From Candidatus Nomurabacteria bacterium (GTDB lineage Bacteria; Patescibacteriota; Minisyncoccia; Phycocordibacterales; JAACPR01), in NCBI GenBank assembly GCA_020632215.1, contig JACKFZ010000007.1:1187-65186 (forward strand): 64,000 nucleotides of DNA, given 5' to 3'. Within the stretch, counting starts at the first letter, position 1. Every line of letters starts with the position of its first letter. The position numbers and the translations under genes are program-made. Below the pieces are notes generated by a model that did not search any database, was not told the origin of the DNA, and was given only the letters and a program-made list of their open reading frames with translations. This document shows positions 36,888 to 47,026 of this stretch, in pieces.

Positions 36888-37257
36888 ACACTTTCAGCAA
36901 CCTCTCTTCCTCCTCCTCCATCTTTTTCCCATGATCTAAACCTTTTAAATGCAACATTCCGTGTATAGCTAAATATTTGATATATAAAGTTTTTGTCATT
37001 TCAAAATCTTTTGCTTCGGCTTTGGATTTTTCTAAACAAATAAAAATTTCCCCAGTATTTTTGTCGACAGGGAAGCTAAGAACATTTGGGACATAAGTTT
37101 TTTTTCTGTAATCTTTGTTTAACTTCTTGGCAGTTTTTGGGTCCACAAAAACAAGAGATAGATCATACTTTTTACCTAAGATTTTTTCTTTAATACGAAC
37201 AAAATCCTCTTTAGATGAAAGAGGATTTTGTTTGGAGATGTTTTGGTACGAAAACAT
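36880..37257 (-). CDS. ybeY: rRNA maturation RNase YbeY
   Basis: 'HGMLHLKGLDHG' zinc-binding HxxxHxxxxxH motif. Confidence 0.8.
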   Translation of the reverse strand: MFSYQNISKQNPLSSKEDFVRIKEKILGKKYDLSLVFVDPKTAKKLNKDYRKKTYVPNVLSFPVDKNTGEIFICLEKSKAEAKDFEMTKTLYIKYLAIHGMLHLKGLDHGKKMEEEEERLLKVFG

Positions 37258-37259
37258 AA

Positions 37260-37514
37260 TTATCTTCTTCTTCGAAAACGACCTTCTGGTATCTTGCCAA
37301 GCTTTATCATTTCTTGAACATTTTCTCTCTTTTCTATTGATCGTAGTTTGTTCTTTTTCCTAGTGAATTCAGAAGGAGATCTCTCAAGATAACGTAAAGA
37401 TCGTACTTTCGATAGTACACCTGACTCTTGAACTCGTCTTGTGAAGCGCTTCAAAATACTCCCATTGTTTTCGTTCTTTTTTCTTTTTATTTCAACATTT
37501 ACAGCTGTAGCCAT
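37260..37514 (-). CDS. rpsU: 30S ribosomal protein S21
   Basis: 84 aa, very basic, 'ILKRFTRRVQESGVLSKVRSLRYLE' resembles the S21 core. Confidence 0.6.
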   Translation of the reverse strand: MATAVNVEIKRKKNENNGSILKRFTRRVQESGVLSKVRSLRYLERSPSEFTRKKNKLRSIEKRENVQEMIKLGKIPEGRFRRRR

Positions 37515-37547
37515 AGTGGAGAATAGACTAACATAGGGAGTCTATTG

Positions 37548-37650
37548 TGGCAATAGTTATTAGACACTAGACATCAGAAAAGACACATTACTGATGTCTG
37601 AAGTCTGATGTCTGAAGTCTGATGTCTGAAGTCTGATGTCTAATAACTTA
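37548..37650. repeat. short palindromic repeat cluster of the GACATCAGA family (also at 39415 and 46415)
   Basis: 'TTATTAGACACTAGACATCAGAAAAGACACATTACTGATGTCTGAAGTCTGATGTCTGAAGTCTGATGTCTGAAGTCTGATGTCTAATAA'. Confidence 0.6.
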
Positions 37651-38844
37651 CTTCAACTTCTTTATATACTCTGATAGCTTGCTAATAGAGACATTATCTT
37701 GTTTATGGGTAGACATGTCACGGATAACAACACTATTTTCTAGAGCTTCTCTTTGTCCCATTAGAATAACAAAAGGTACTTTTAATCTATGTGCTTGTTG
37801 CATTTGAGTACTTAGTCGGTCGCGACTAAGACTAGTGAAAACTGGCACTTTTGCCTTTCTAAGTTCATCTAGAACTTTTAGACTTTTTCTCTTTGCTTCT
37901 GGACCAATTTGAATAAAATAGAACTTTATTTTTTCTTTCTTAGGAAGTTGTGATCCTGAAACCTTTTTTAATTTTTTTAAATTTAAACTAACACTAATTG
38001 CGGGGGTATCTTTTTTTAGTCCAATTTTTTTTCCTATATTGTTGTACCTGGTTCCTGTAGCTAATATTTTTCCAGTTTTTCGATCAAAAATAGAAAATAC
38101 AGTATGGCTTGAATAATTTGGGTCACCTAGAATGTCTTTGTTTATTTCGTACGGTATTTCTTGGCTTTCTAGATATTCGACTACTTCTTTGAAGTGATTT
38201 CTGTTTGATTCACTTAGAAAGTTCAGAGGCGATGGAGCATTTTCGACAATCTCATTTTTTATCTGATCTTTACAAAGAATGAGAGAGTGAGCACTGTCTT
38301 TGAAAAGTTGACGGCACTGGCTATTCATTTCACTCAAATGTTTTTTGTAGTAGTTATTTAATTCTTTAATGAAAGTATTGAGAGATTCCTTGCCACCAAC
38401 ATTGTTGATTTCTAATGATAAGTCAGAGTAACCTTCTTCTTTTAATATACAAATAGTAGTTTTGATTAAAAGTGCTTCAGCGATACTTTTCGGAGTACCA
38501 ATAACATGCAAACCAACCTTCTTGTCTTTCAATTTTGTCACTTTACCTCCCTTATCTTCTTTGAAACCTCCTTCGCAATATAGCATTAGTGGTTCGCTTG
38601 GATTTATTTTTGCTAAAGATTCTTTGAAATTGTTTAAAAGAGTTACTACTTCTTCGGTAGAAGGTAGAAGTTCATGGGAAAAAGATATGCTTTTTTTCAA
38701 TGACTTTGCTTTTTGTCTTTCTTCTACAGAGATGGTTGGTGAAGCTAATTCATCAAATCCAAAATATTTTGAAATAAGGTAAGCGTTGGAAATTTGTCTT
38801 GCTTTTTTTTGCATATTAATTATCTTGTCCCGGTAAAAAATCAA
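37648..38844 (-). CDS. class II aaRS-like protein (HisRS/HisZ-like) with C-terminal anticodon-binding domain; catalytic motifs degenerate
   Basis: The C-terminal 'KIKFYFIQIGPEAKRKSLKVLDELRKAKVPVF...PFVILMGQREALENSVVIRDM' matches the HGTP anticodon-binding fold. 'ATGTRYNNIGKKIG...PAISVSL' aligns to HisRS motif 3 (GGGRYDGL) but with substitutions. Confidence 0.4.
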   Translation of the reverse strand: MIFYRDKIINMQKKARQISNAYLISKYFGFDELASPTISVEERQKAKSLKKSISFSHELLPSTEEVVTLLNNFKESLAKINPSEPLMLYCEGGFKEDKGGKVTKLKDKKVGLHVIGTPKSIAEALLIKTTICILKEEGYSDLSLEINNVGGKESLNTFIKELNNYYKKHLSEMNSQCRQLFKDSAHSLILCKDQIKNEIVENAPSPLNFLSESNRNHFKEVVEYLESQEIPYEINKDILGDPNYSSHTVFSIFDRKTGKILATGTRYNNIGKKIGLKKDTPAISVSLNLKKLKKVSGSQLPKKEKIKFYFIQIGPEAKRKSLKVLDELRKAKVPVFTSLSRDRLSTQMQQAHRLKVPFVILMGQREALENSVVIRDMSTHKQDNVSISKLSEYIKKLK

Positions 38845-39376
38845 AGGTATTTATTGGTAATAGTCTGACAAAAGCTCTACCAATAATAAAGTGTTCTTCT
38901 AGTGGTCCCCAAGAACGGGAATCGAGACTTGCCAATCGGTTGTCTCCCATCACAAAATATTCGGTGTCAGATAATTCTGTGGTTTGGAAAGTATCTCTCT
39001 TGCTACTAGTATAATTTTCTTCTAATTTTATTCTCTCACCATTAGTAGTGGTGATGTATACATCATTGCCTTCTAATTGAATAGTTTCTCTTGGCAGACC
39101 GATAATTCTTTTTATAAAAAATTTGGAAGGGTTTTCTGGAAATCTAAAAATGATAACGTCACCTCTTTGGGGTTCATGGAATCTATATGAGAGTTGGTCG
39201 ACAATCAAATATTGACCAGTTTCAAAAGTAGAATACATTGATTCACCACTGACAATGAATGGTTGAGCAATAAAAATTCGGACTGGAATAACTATAACTA
39301 TAGCCAAAATAGCAAAACTTATAATCTCCTTTATAAAACCTATATTTTTATTTGTTTTAGGACTTTCGTTTTCCAT
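38816..39376 (-). CDS. lepB: signal peptidase I
   Basis: 'VSGESMYSTF', 'GDVIIF', 'IKRIIGLPRETI', 'GDNRLASLDSRSWG' boxes. Confidence 0.8.
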   Translation of the reverse strand: MENESPKTNKNIGFIKEIISFAILAIVIVIPVRIFIAQPFIVSGESMYSTFETGQYLIVDQLSYRFHEPQRGDVIIFRFPENPSKFFIKRIIGLPRETIQLEGNDVYITTTNGERIKLEENYTSSKRDTFQTTELSDTEYFVMGDNRLASLDSRSWGPLEEHFIIGRAFVRLLPINTFDFLPGQDN

Positions 39377-39414
39377 TGAGAGTTAAAAGTAACAGCATTG
39401 TAAAGCAAAAAGGG

Positions 39415-39520
39415 GGAATAATCAAATTGTATCTTAGACGTCAGATATTAGACATCAGACGTCAGGGTAGGTATTTTTCTGATATCTGATATCTAATGTC
39501 TGACCTCTGATGTCTAAACC
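39415..39520. repeat. GACATCAGA-family palindromic repeat cluster in the lepB/pth divergent intergenic region
   Basis: 'TTAGACGTCAGATATTAGACATCAGACGTCAGG...TCTGATATCTGATATCTAATGTCTGACCTCTGATGTCTAA'. Confidence 0.5.
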
Positions 39521-39560
39521 GCTTGCACTTTCTTAAACGAGATGTGATTATTTTAATAAT

Positions 39561-40142
39561 ATGAATTGGATAATTGTTGGACTAGGAAATCCTACCGATA
39601 GATATGCAAAGACTCGTCATAATATTGGACGAGATATTGTTGATCAGTTTAGAGAAGAGAATAATTTGCCTGATTGGGAATTTGATAAGATGCACAATGC
39701 TTTGATTTCTAAAGGCAATATCGGTTCTGACTTTCTAACTTTGATTTTACCTGAAACATACATGAATGATTCAGGCGAAGCGTTGAGAAAAATTGTTTCT
39801 GATTCAGAAACAGCTCAACACACTATTGTTCTCTATGATGATCTGGATATGACACTGGGAACTTTAAAGATTTCTTTTAATAAAAATAGCGGAGGTCACA
39901 AAGGTATTGAATCTATTATTAATCACATAAAGACTAAAGAATTCATTAGACTTCGTATTGGTATTTCTCCTGCAAAAAAAGTTGCTGGTGAAGATAGAGT
40001 TAAAAACTTTGTCCTAAGTAAATTTGGATTTTTTGAAAAAGGAAAAGTGAAGGATGTCACCAAGAGAAGTATAGAGGCTTTGGAATTGATCATGAAAAAA
40101 GGGTATGTAGATGCGATGGGGGATGTAAATTCTTGGAAGTGA
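39561..40142 (+). CDS. pth: peptidyl-tRNA hydrolase
   Basis: 'IIVGLGNPTDRYAKTRHNIGRDIVD', 'YMNDSG', 'LYDDLDMTLGTLKI'. Confidence 0.85.
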   Translation: MNWIIVGLGNPTDRYAKTRHNIGRDIVDQFREENNLPDWEFDKMHNALISKGNIGSDFLTLILPETYMNDSGEALRKIVSDSETAQHTIVLYDDLDMTLGTLKISFNKNSGGHKGIESIINHIKTKEFIRLRIGISPAKKVAGEDRVKNFVLSKFGFFEKGKVKDVTKRSIEALELIMKKGYVDAMGDVNSWK

Positions 40143-40565
40143 TATTATGATAGAATATTTTTTGGGTCTGTAATTAACTGGAAAGGAGGTATCAGAACAA
40201 TGAAGAAAAATAGTGCCTGATGAATCTCGTATCCGAACAGCATCAAAAACTGCCTTCACAGGCGATAAATAAATGAAGGTAAGTCTAGGCGTGATGGTGC
40301 TGCGATTCTCTGAAAGAATATTCCAAATCTCTGATTCCATGCGAGTAATCCAGAGGGTTGGCCTTTAATGTTCTTTTTCGTGGACTTGCTGCCACCTGAG
40401 GATTTGTGCGTTTACGGCAAGGGGCCTGACCAGTCCTTAGTGCGTTTCCTCCCCAAGATTAGGGGCTTGCACAAGGTCTAATACTCCCAACTAGTTTTCT
40501 GGTTTAGGAGTTTTTTTATTTCTTTTTTCCAATTCTTGTATTTAAATAAATTTTACATAAAAAGA

Positions 40566-40592
40566 TCCCGGCTCGGAGGCCGGGATGACTGG
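40566..40592 (-). terminator. terminator downstream of rpsA (minus strand)
   Basis: Minus 'CATCCCGGCCTCCGAGCCGGGATCTTTTTATG'; a second hairpin 'TCTTCACCGAAAGGTGGAGATTTTTT' lies at 40650-40685. Confidence 0.5.
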
Positions 40593-40715
40593 TAATGAAG
40601 ACTGGTACGAAAATGTTATTTGTTTAAATTATTTAACGAGATCCTGAATGTCGAAAAAATCTCCACCTTTCGGTGAAGATTTTCTCTCATTCAGGAAGAC
40701 GTAATAGTTTAGAAC

Positions 40716-41795
40716 TTATTTTTCCAACTTTGTAGAAAGAGTCATCTTTCTATCTGTCGGATCGAATAGTGTGATTCGGAATTCGTATGCTTTTCCTAAT
40801 TCTATTTGCTCTCGCATTTTTTCTTCATTTTCAAATTCTGAGATGTGAACTAGGCCAGCAACCCCTTCTTCAATAGAAGCCAAAGCACCATGTTTGTTGT
40901 ATTTGATAACAATACCTTTAACAACGTCATCTTTCTTGTACTTTTTGCTTGCAGATGCCCACGGATCTTCTTTTAGTTGTTTTATAGATAGAGAAATTTT
41001 TCCATCCTTGACTTCGATAATTTTAACTTTCACCTTGTCTCCAACTACAAACATTTTTCTTGGATCTTCAACAAGAGACCAGTCGATTTCAGAAATGTGA
41101 ACCAAACCTTCTAGTCCATCTTCGATCTTTACAAAGATTCCAAAGTCAACCATACCTGTTACTTCACCATCGACAACATCGCCAACCTTGTATTTTTCTG
41201 TTTGTTTTAATTCTTCTTGAGTGCCTACACCTTTTTCTGAGAATATTAGCTTACCATCATCTTCAGCAGCACCGATAATGCTAACTGTAAGTTTTTCTCC
41301 AATAAGTTTTCTCAATTCTTCTAGAATTTTGTCCTTATCACCGTCAGTTACTCGTGGATAATGATCAGCTTTTAGTTGAGAAGCAGGTAGGAAACCTTGA
41401 ACTCCTTGCCATGATAGAAGTAGACCACCTTTGTTGGCATCTTGAACCGCAAGTTCGATTGGAGTTTTATTTTTAATAGCTGCTTCGATTTCTTCCCAGA
41501 TCAAAGCTTGCTTTGCTTCCTTAAGAGAAAGTTCAATGTATCCATCAATACCATTAATATCAACAACTTTCGCTGTAACAGAATCTCCAATATGAAGTTT
41601 TCTAATCAGGTCTCGAGCGATGATATACTCACGACCCATAATAATTCCTGTACCAAAAGGTTTTAGATCTATATAGATAGACGCTTTTCCTAATGCAACA
41701 ACTAAACCTTCCACAAGCTCACCTGCTTTTGGAGGCGTTACGCTATCTTCCAAAAGCTTGAACATTACACTTTTATTTTCTTTTTCCTTTAACAT
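40716..41795 (-). CDS. rpsA: 30S ribosomal protein S1 (four S1 domains)
   Basis: Repeated S1 motifs, e.g. 'VGDVVDGEVTGMVDFGIFVKIEDGLEGLVHISEI'. Confidence 0.8.
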   Translation of the reverse strand: MLKEKENKSVMFKLLEDSVTPPKAGELVEGLVVALGKASIYIDLKPFGTGIIMGREYIIARDLIRKLHIGDSVTAKVVDINGIDGYIELSLKEAKQALIWEEIEAAIKNKTPIELAVQDANKGGLLLSWQGVQGFLPASQLKADHYPRVTDGDKDKILEELRKLIGEKLTVSIIGAAEDDGKLIFSEKGVGTQEELKQTEKYKVGDVVDGEVTGMVDFGIFVKIEDGLEGLVHISEIDWSLVEDPRKMFVVGDKVKVKIIEVKDGKISLSIKQLKEDPWASASKKYKKDDVVKGIVIKYNKHGALASIEEGVAGLVHISEFENEEKMREQIELGKAYEFRITLFDPTDRKMTLSTKLEK

Positions 41796-41967
41796 TTTTT
41801 ATAAAAGCAGGGAGGTCCAGACAATCTTTTCTTGAGAAAATCATAACTTATGACTTACTCGCTCGTATTTTTTGCCTAGATTTAGCTCCGTACTTGGGCT
41901 AATAAAGGATTGCAAAGGATTATACGTATTTTTTATAAAAAGTAAACAAAAAGGTTGGCAAATAGGG

Positions 41968-41996
41968 GTCGAACCTATTTGCTTGCGTTTGAAAAT
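41968..41996 (-). terminator. terminator of the 42008..42439 gene (T-arm-like hairpin)
   Basis: Minus 'GCAAATAGGTTCGACCCCTATTTGCCAACCTTTTTG'. Confidence 0.55.
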
Positions 41997-42007
41997 GAAG
42001 ATGTCGA

Positions 42008-42439
42008 TTATGAGAAGTCAATGGTTACTGTGTAGCAATTTGTATCTGAATCAACGCAGATTTCTCCACTTCTCAGGAGTTCTCTGATTGCTTTTGCGAC
42101 GAGCTCTTTGCTTAGCAGATGAGAACCATATTTTGGTAATAATTTATCGAACACTTCTTTTGGAGTGTTCAGAAAAGGAAATGTAGATATGGTCAAAAAG
42201 ACTCTCGCTTTTATCCTCTCGAAATTTGCTTCATCTCCAGGTCGGGTTATTTTAAAGGGGGGTCTTAAAGGGTCTTTGTACGCGGGGGCACAACCCTTAT
42301 CTGGACCACGCCCCATCTCCTCTTTGAGTTTTCTGAGAAGTTTTTCCTTGCGAAAGTCTCGTATGTTTAACCATACCGAGAGTGCCCAAAAGGGAAAGAT
42401 CATCACAGCCAAAATTGTTTCGAAGATCGTATTGTTCAT
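42008..42439 (-). CDS. hypothetical protein with N-terminal TM helix
   Basis: 143-aa ORF; moderately GC-rich. Confidence 0.3.
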   Translation of the reverse strand: MNNTIFETILAVMIFPFWALSVWLNIRDFRKEKLLRKLKEEMGRGPDKGCAPAYKDPLRPPFKITRPGDEANFERIKARVFLTISTFPFLNTPKEVFDKLLPKYGSHLLSKELVAKAIRELLRSGEICVDSDTNCYTVTIDFS

Positions 42440-42950
42440 GATGTTATGAGGGTTCGGTTCAATGTTTAGTTTTTTCTATTTCAAAAAATACATACATTTT
42501 CATTAAATGTCAATGTTTTTAATATAAAAAGGATGAGAAGAAATTGATGCTGAGCTATTTTTGTGGTATTTTTTGATGAATTTTATTGATTTACCACATT
42601 AGTGATTTTTATGAAATAAAAAATTTTCTACTCTCGCAAAGTGCGTGACAATGCAAGAGTAGTGTGAAAATTGCAATTAGTTTTGGGTGGACTTACCGCC
42701 TTTTCCGTTTTGGAACAGTAGCATTCTTGGACAGGTACCGTTTCTCCTTCCTTCGTTGCACGTTTCTTTGTCCTTTTTCCGAAATTTTTTTTCGGTTTTT
42801 TACTCCTCCATTATTCCTTCTGCCATGAACTTTTTTACCCATAAAACAGATCTCCTTCTAGTATTCTCGTAAGTTTGATTTTAAAAAAGAGACAGTGGAA
42901 CTGCTCTGAAGAAACATCTTACTCAATATCAAAATCTTTTCAAGACCACA

Positions 42951-42985
42951 CTATTAACTATTAACTATTAACTATTAACTATTAA
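42951..42985. repeat. (CTATTAA)5 microsatellite upstream of the MBL-fold gene
   Basis: 'CTATTAACTATTAACTATTAACTATTAACTATTAA'. Confidence 0.85.
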
Positions 42986-43009
42986 CTACCTTATGCTATA
43001 CTCTTTCCC

Positions 43010-43651
43010 ATGATCATTACTTACGAAGGGGCAGAATTTATAAAAATACAGCAAGGAGACACCGTGGTTGCATTTAACCCTGTTTCTAAAGATTCAAAAC
43101 TCAAATCATCTAATTTTGGGGCAGATATAGCTCTGATTACTGCAAACCACCATGATCTAAATGGTGTTGAAACAGTAACAAGAGGAGAAAAAGAACCTTT
43201 CGTCATCAATGGTCCAGGCGAATACGAAGTCGAAGGACTTTTTATTAAAGGATATTCAACAAAAACTAATTATGGTGGAACAGAAAGAATCAATACAATT
43301 TTTTCTACAAAAATAGATAATATAAATGTAGTTTTTCTAGGAGCAATGTCTGATACTGATTTTTCAGCTGACGTGAAAGAAGATTTGGATGATGTTGATA
43401 TACTTTTTGTGCCAATTGGAGGTGAAGGTGTTTTGGATGCCAGTGAAGCCTACAAATTGGCGGTAAAGAGGGAGCCAAAGGTTATTATTCCTATACATTT
43501 TGGAAGTGTCGGATCAAAAGATGCTTTGAAAGATTTTTTGAAAGAAGGAGGTAGTGAAGATGTAAAGCCAGTAGAAAAACTAACCGTCAAAATGAAAGAC
43601 ATTGAAAAGTCAGAAGGGGATATCATTGTTCTGAAATCTAATAACAATTAA
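43010..43651 (+). CDS. MBL-fold metallo-hydrolase (COG2220-like)
   Basis: 'ITYEGAEFIKIQQGDTVVAFNP...ADIALITANHHDLNGV' resembles the beta-lactamase-fold Zn-hydrolase N-terminus. Confidence 0.5.
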   Translation: MIITYEGAEFIKIQQGDTVVAFNPVSKDSKLKSSNFGADIALITANHHDLNGVETVTRGEKEPFVINGPGEYEVEGLFIKGYSTKTNYGGTERINTIFSTKIDNINVVFLGAMSDTDFSADVKEDLDDVDILFVPIGGEGVLDASEAYKLAVKREPKVIIPIHFGSVGSKDALKDFLKEGGSEDVKPVEKLTVKMKDIEKSEGDIIVLKSNNN

Positions 43652-43661
43652 TAAAAGATTT

Positions 43662-43880
43662 ATGAGAAAGTTTTTGGAAGAAATTAGATCAAAAAGTTTA
43701 GAAGACAGAAGATCTTTTGCTTTTACTGCTTCAGCTATTATTACTGGCCTCATTTTTATTATATGGTTAATGACATTAGGAGTTAAACTTGATCTTTTAT
43801 CTAATGATGAGCCAGCAGAAATTTCAGAAAACGAGATAAATAACAATCAGGCTAATGTCATTTCTAACTTCAAAAATTAG
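43662..43880 (+). CDS. small membrane protein
   Basis: 72 aa with one hydrophobic helix 'AIITGLIFIIWLMTLGV'. Confidence 0.3.
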   Translation: MRKFLEEIRSKSLEDRRSFAFTASAIITGLIFIIWLMTLGVKLDLLSNDEPAEISENEINNNQANVISNFKN

Positions 43881-43931
43881 AGAAAAATCGCTGGAAAAAG
43901 GCATCAATTAATGATATAATACTCGCAATAT

Positions 43932-46409
43932 ATGGCTAAGAAAAAGGACGAAAATAAGGAAGAGAAGGGTAATTCTGTTGTGATTGCAAGGGAAGTTATA
44001 GAGGCTCCTATTGGTGCTGAAATGCGTAAATCTTATCTAGATTACGCCATGTCGGTTATTACTGCTCGGGCACTTCCAGATGTTCGTGATGGTCTAAAGC
44101 CGGTACACAGAAGAATTTTATTTTCAATGAATAAGATGGGTCTCAACTCATCTGCTAAGTTCAAGAAATCAGCAACTGTGGTTGGAGACGTTTTGGGTTC
44201 TTATCACCCTCATGGTGATACATCTGTATATGACGCTATGGTTGTGCTGGCACAAACTTTCAAGACCAGATATCCACTAGTGATTGGTCAAGGTAACTTT
44301 GGGTCTATTGATGGGGATCCGCCTGCCGCTTATCGATATACAGAGGCAAAGATGAGTAAACTTTCAGGAGAAATCCTGAAAGATTTGGAAAAAGATACTG
44401 TTGATTTTAGACCAAACTTTGATGCAACAAAAAAGGAGCCAGTTGTTTTTCCATCAGGTGTCCCTAATCTTTTGCTCAATGGAACTCTTGGTATTGCAGT
44501 TGGTATGGCAACAAATATTCCTCCACATAACATCAACGAAGTGCTTGATGCCACTACTCATCTTTTAGAAAATCCAAAAGCGACCACTGAAGATCTACTA
44601 GGTTTTGTGAAAGGCCCAGATTTTCCAACAGGAGGAGTAATTTTTAATCAAAAAGAAATTCACGCAGCTTACGCTAATGGTAGAGGAGGTATGGTGGTTC
44701 GTGGAGAAGCAGAAATTGTTGAAGAAAAAAACGGCTCTTTTCAAATTGTTATTACTTCTGTTCCTTTTAGAGTCAATAAGGCAGATATGATAGAAAAGAT
44801 TGCTTCTTTAGTTAGAGAAAAGAAGGTGGATGGAATAAAGGGCTTGCGAGACGAATCTGCAGAGGATATTCGAGTTGTTATTGATGTAAAATCTTCAGCT
44901 CATCCTCAAAACATACTGAACTATTTGTATAAGCATACTCAGTTAGAGGACACATTCCACTTGAACATGGTTGCTCTTGTTGATGGTGTACCACAAACTC
45001 TTTCTCTAAAAAGTGTTTTGCAAGAATTTGTGAAGCATAGATTTGAAGTTGTTACTCGTCGAACTCAATTTGACCTGGCAAAAGCAAAAGCTCGTGAGCA
45101 CATTTTACTTGGTTTGAAGAAGGCTCTTGATCATATTGATGAAATTATTCAATTGATTAAGAAGTCAAAAGATACTCCCGAAGCGCATGCAAACTTGATG
45201 AAGAAGTTTAAGTTTAGTGATTTGCAGGCGACAGCTATATTGGAAATGAAGCTACAAAGACTAGCTGGTTTGGAAAGAAAGAAAATTGAAGATGAACTAA
45301 AAGAGATTCAGAAACTTATTACTGAGCTTGAGGCGTTATTGAAGAGCGAGACTAAGATGAGAAATCTAATCAAAGGCGAAATAGCTGATATTAGAGAAAA
45401 ATACGGAGATGATCGTCTAACAAAAGTGGTCAAGCATGGTGTAAAGAATCTTTCTCAAGAAGATTTGATACCAGACGAGGAAACGGTTCTTGTTTTGACA
45501 AAGGGTGGATATATCAAAAGAACAAATCCATCTGAGTATAAGAAACAAAAGAGAGGTGGCGTTGGTGTTGTCGACTTGAATACAAAGGATGAGGATTTTA
45601 TACAAAATTTTGTACATGCTTCTACTCATAACGATATTCTATTTTTCACAGATAAAGGAAAAGCCTATCAGCTAAAGATGTATGAAATTCCAGAAGGCAA
45701 AAGAGCAACCCGTGGCAAGTCCATAATGAACTTTTTGAGCTTAGGACAAGATGAAACAGTGACTTCTATTTTGGCTATGCCGAAAGAAATAAAAAAGGCG
45801 GACAGTCTTTCTATTGTTATGGTTACTCAAAATGGAGTTGGAAAGAGAGTTGATGCAGCAAGTTTTCATGATGTGAGAAGAAGTGGTATCTTGGCTATCA
45901 AACTAAAATCTAATGACAGGCTAATTGCTTCTAATTTTGTTGATAAAGGAGACGATGTGGTTGTGGTCAGTCATAAGGGACAATCTATTCGATTCAAAGA
46001 AAATGATGTGCGAGAGATGGGGCGAGCAGCAGCTGGTGTCAAAGTTCTGACTTTGAAAGGTGGTGACAAGGTTGTGGCTTCAGATGTTGTCAAAAAAGAT
46101 AACAAAGACGCAACATTGCTTGTATTTACAGAGCAAGGTTACGGTAAACAAACCAAGATCAAGGAATATAAAGTTCAAAAGAGAGGAGGTTCTGGTATAA
46201 AGACCGCTCAAGTGACATCTAAAAATGGAAATATTATAGCGGGTGTTGTGATAACAGAAGAACATGACGAATTAGTTTCTATGTCAAAGAAAGGTCAGGT
46301 AATAAGAGTTGATATAAAAGAAATACCGTCTCTAGGAAGACAAACACAAGGTGTGCGTGTTATGAAATTGCGAGCAGGTGACAGTTTGGCATCACTCGTC
46401 TGTTTTTAA
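43932..46409 (+). CDS. gyrA: DNA gyrase subunit A
   Basis: '[22 protein letters not shown]', '[14 protein letters not shown]', C-terminal beta-pinwheel repeats; no gyrB nearby. Confidence 0.95.
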   Translation: MAKKKDENKEEKGNSVVIAREVIEAPIGAEMRKSYLDYAMSVITARALPDVRDGLKPVHRRILFSMNKMGLNSSAKFKKSATVVGDVLGSYHPHGDTSVYDAMVVLAQTFKTRYPLVIGQGNFGSIDGDPPAAYRYTEAKMSKLSGEILKDLEKDTVDFRPNFDATKKEPVVFPSGVPNLLLNGTLGIAVGMATNIPPHNINEVLDATTHLLENPKATTEDLLGFVKGPDFPTGGVIFNQKEIHAAYANGRGGMVVRGEAEIVEEKNGSFQIVITSVPFRVNKADMIEKIASLVREKKVDGIKGLRDESAEDIRVVIDVKSSAHPQNILNYLYKHTQLEDTFHLNMVALVDGVPQTLSLKSVLQEFVKHRFEVVTRRTQFDLAKAKAREHILLGLKKALDHIDEIIQLIKKSKDTPEAHANLMKKFKFSDLQATAILEMKLQRLAGLERKKIEDELKEIQKLITELEALLKSETKMRNLIKGEIADIREKYGDDRLTKVVKHGVKNLSQEDLIPDEETVLVLTKGGYIKRTNPSEYKKQKRGGVGVVDLNTKDEDFIQNFVHASTHNDILFFTDKGKAYQLKMYEIPEGKRATRGKSIMNFLSLGQDETVTSILAMPKEIKKADSLSIVMVTQNGVGKRVDAASFHDVRRSGILAIKLKSNDRLIASNFVDKGDDVVVVSHKGQSIRFKENDVREMGRAAAGVKVLTLKGGDKVVASDVVKKDNKDATLLVFTEQGYGKQTKIKEYKVQKRGGSGIKTAQVTSKNGNIIAGVVITEEHDELVSMSKKGQVIRVDIKEIPSLGRQTQGVRVMKLRAGDSLASLVCF

Positions 46410-46414
46410 AGATT

Positions 46415-46492
46415 AGACGTTGGACATTAGGAAAAAGTTATCTACAATTTTGATATCTGATATCTGATATCTGATGTCTATTAAGTTATAAT
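46415..46492. repeat. GACATCAGA-family repeat copy
   Basis: 'TTAGACGTTGGACATTAGG...TGATATCTGATATCTGATATCTGATGTCTATTAA'. Confidence 0.5.
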
Positions 46493-46498
46493 ATCACT

Positions 46499-47026
46499 AT
46501 GTTTTCTGATCCAGAACATAATATCGAGCAGTTTGCTGTTGACCCTGGATCAAAAGTTGTTGACTTGGGGTCAGGAGCAGGTTTTTATAGCTTAGCTTTA
46601 TCAAAGGTTGTTGGTTCTAGTGGTAAAGTTTATGCCGTGGATGTTCAACAAGAACTTTTGACTAAATTAAAAAATGAGTCTATTCGACAAGGTGTAAGCA
46701 ATATTGAAATTATTTGGGGAGATATAGAACATCGAAATGGTACTATGTTAGCCGATAATTCTATTGATCGGGTTATCATTGCAAATACTTTATTTCAAAT
46801 CACTCACAAAGAAGAAGTCTTAGCTGAAGCGAGACGAATTTTAAAACCGAAAGGAACTGTTTTGTGTATAGATTGGACTGACTCTTTTGGTGGGCTTGGA
46901 CCTCCCAATCATTATGTTTTTAAAGAAGATCAAGCCGAGATTCTTTTTAGAAAAGCTGGTTTTGAGTTTGTTAGAAAAATAGAGGCTGGTGATCATCATT
47001 ACGGTATGATATATAGAAAATCATGA
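46499..47026 (+). CDS. class I SAM-dependent methyltransferase
   Basis: 'VVDLGSGAGFYSLALSKVVGSSGKVYAVDV' motif I, 'ILKPKGTVLCIDW'. Confidence 0.7.
   Translation: MFSDPEHNIEQFAVDPGSKVVDLGSGAGFYSLALSKVVGSSGKVYAVDVQQELLTKLKNESIRQGVSNIEIIWGDIEHRNGTMLADNSIDRVIIANTLFQITHKEEVLAEARRILKPKGTVLCIDWTDSFGGLGPPNHYVFKEDQAEILFRKAGFEFVRKIEAGDHHYGMIYRKS

Noticed and set aside
41950-42000. A tRNA-like T-arm 'ATAGGTTCGACCCCTAT' on the minus strand
   Set aside because: No matching acceptor 5' strand or anticodon arm upstream. It is a 9-bp hairpin followed by a T-run, so it is better explained as the terminator of the 42008-42439 gene.
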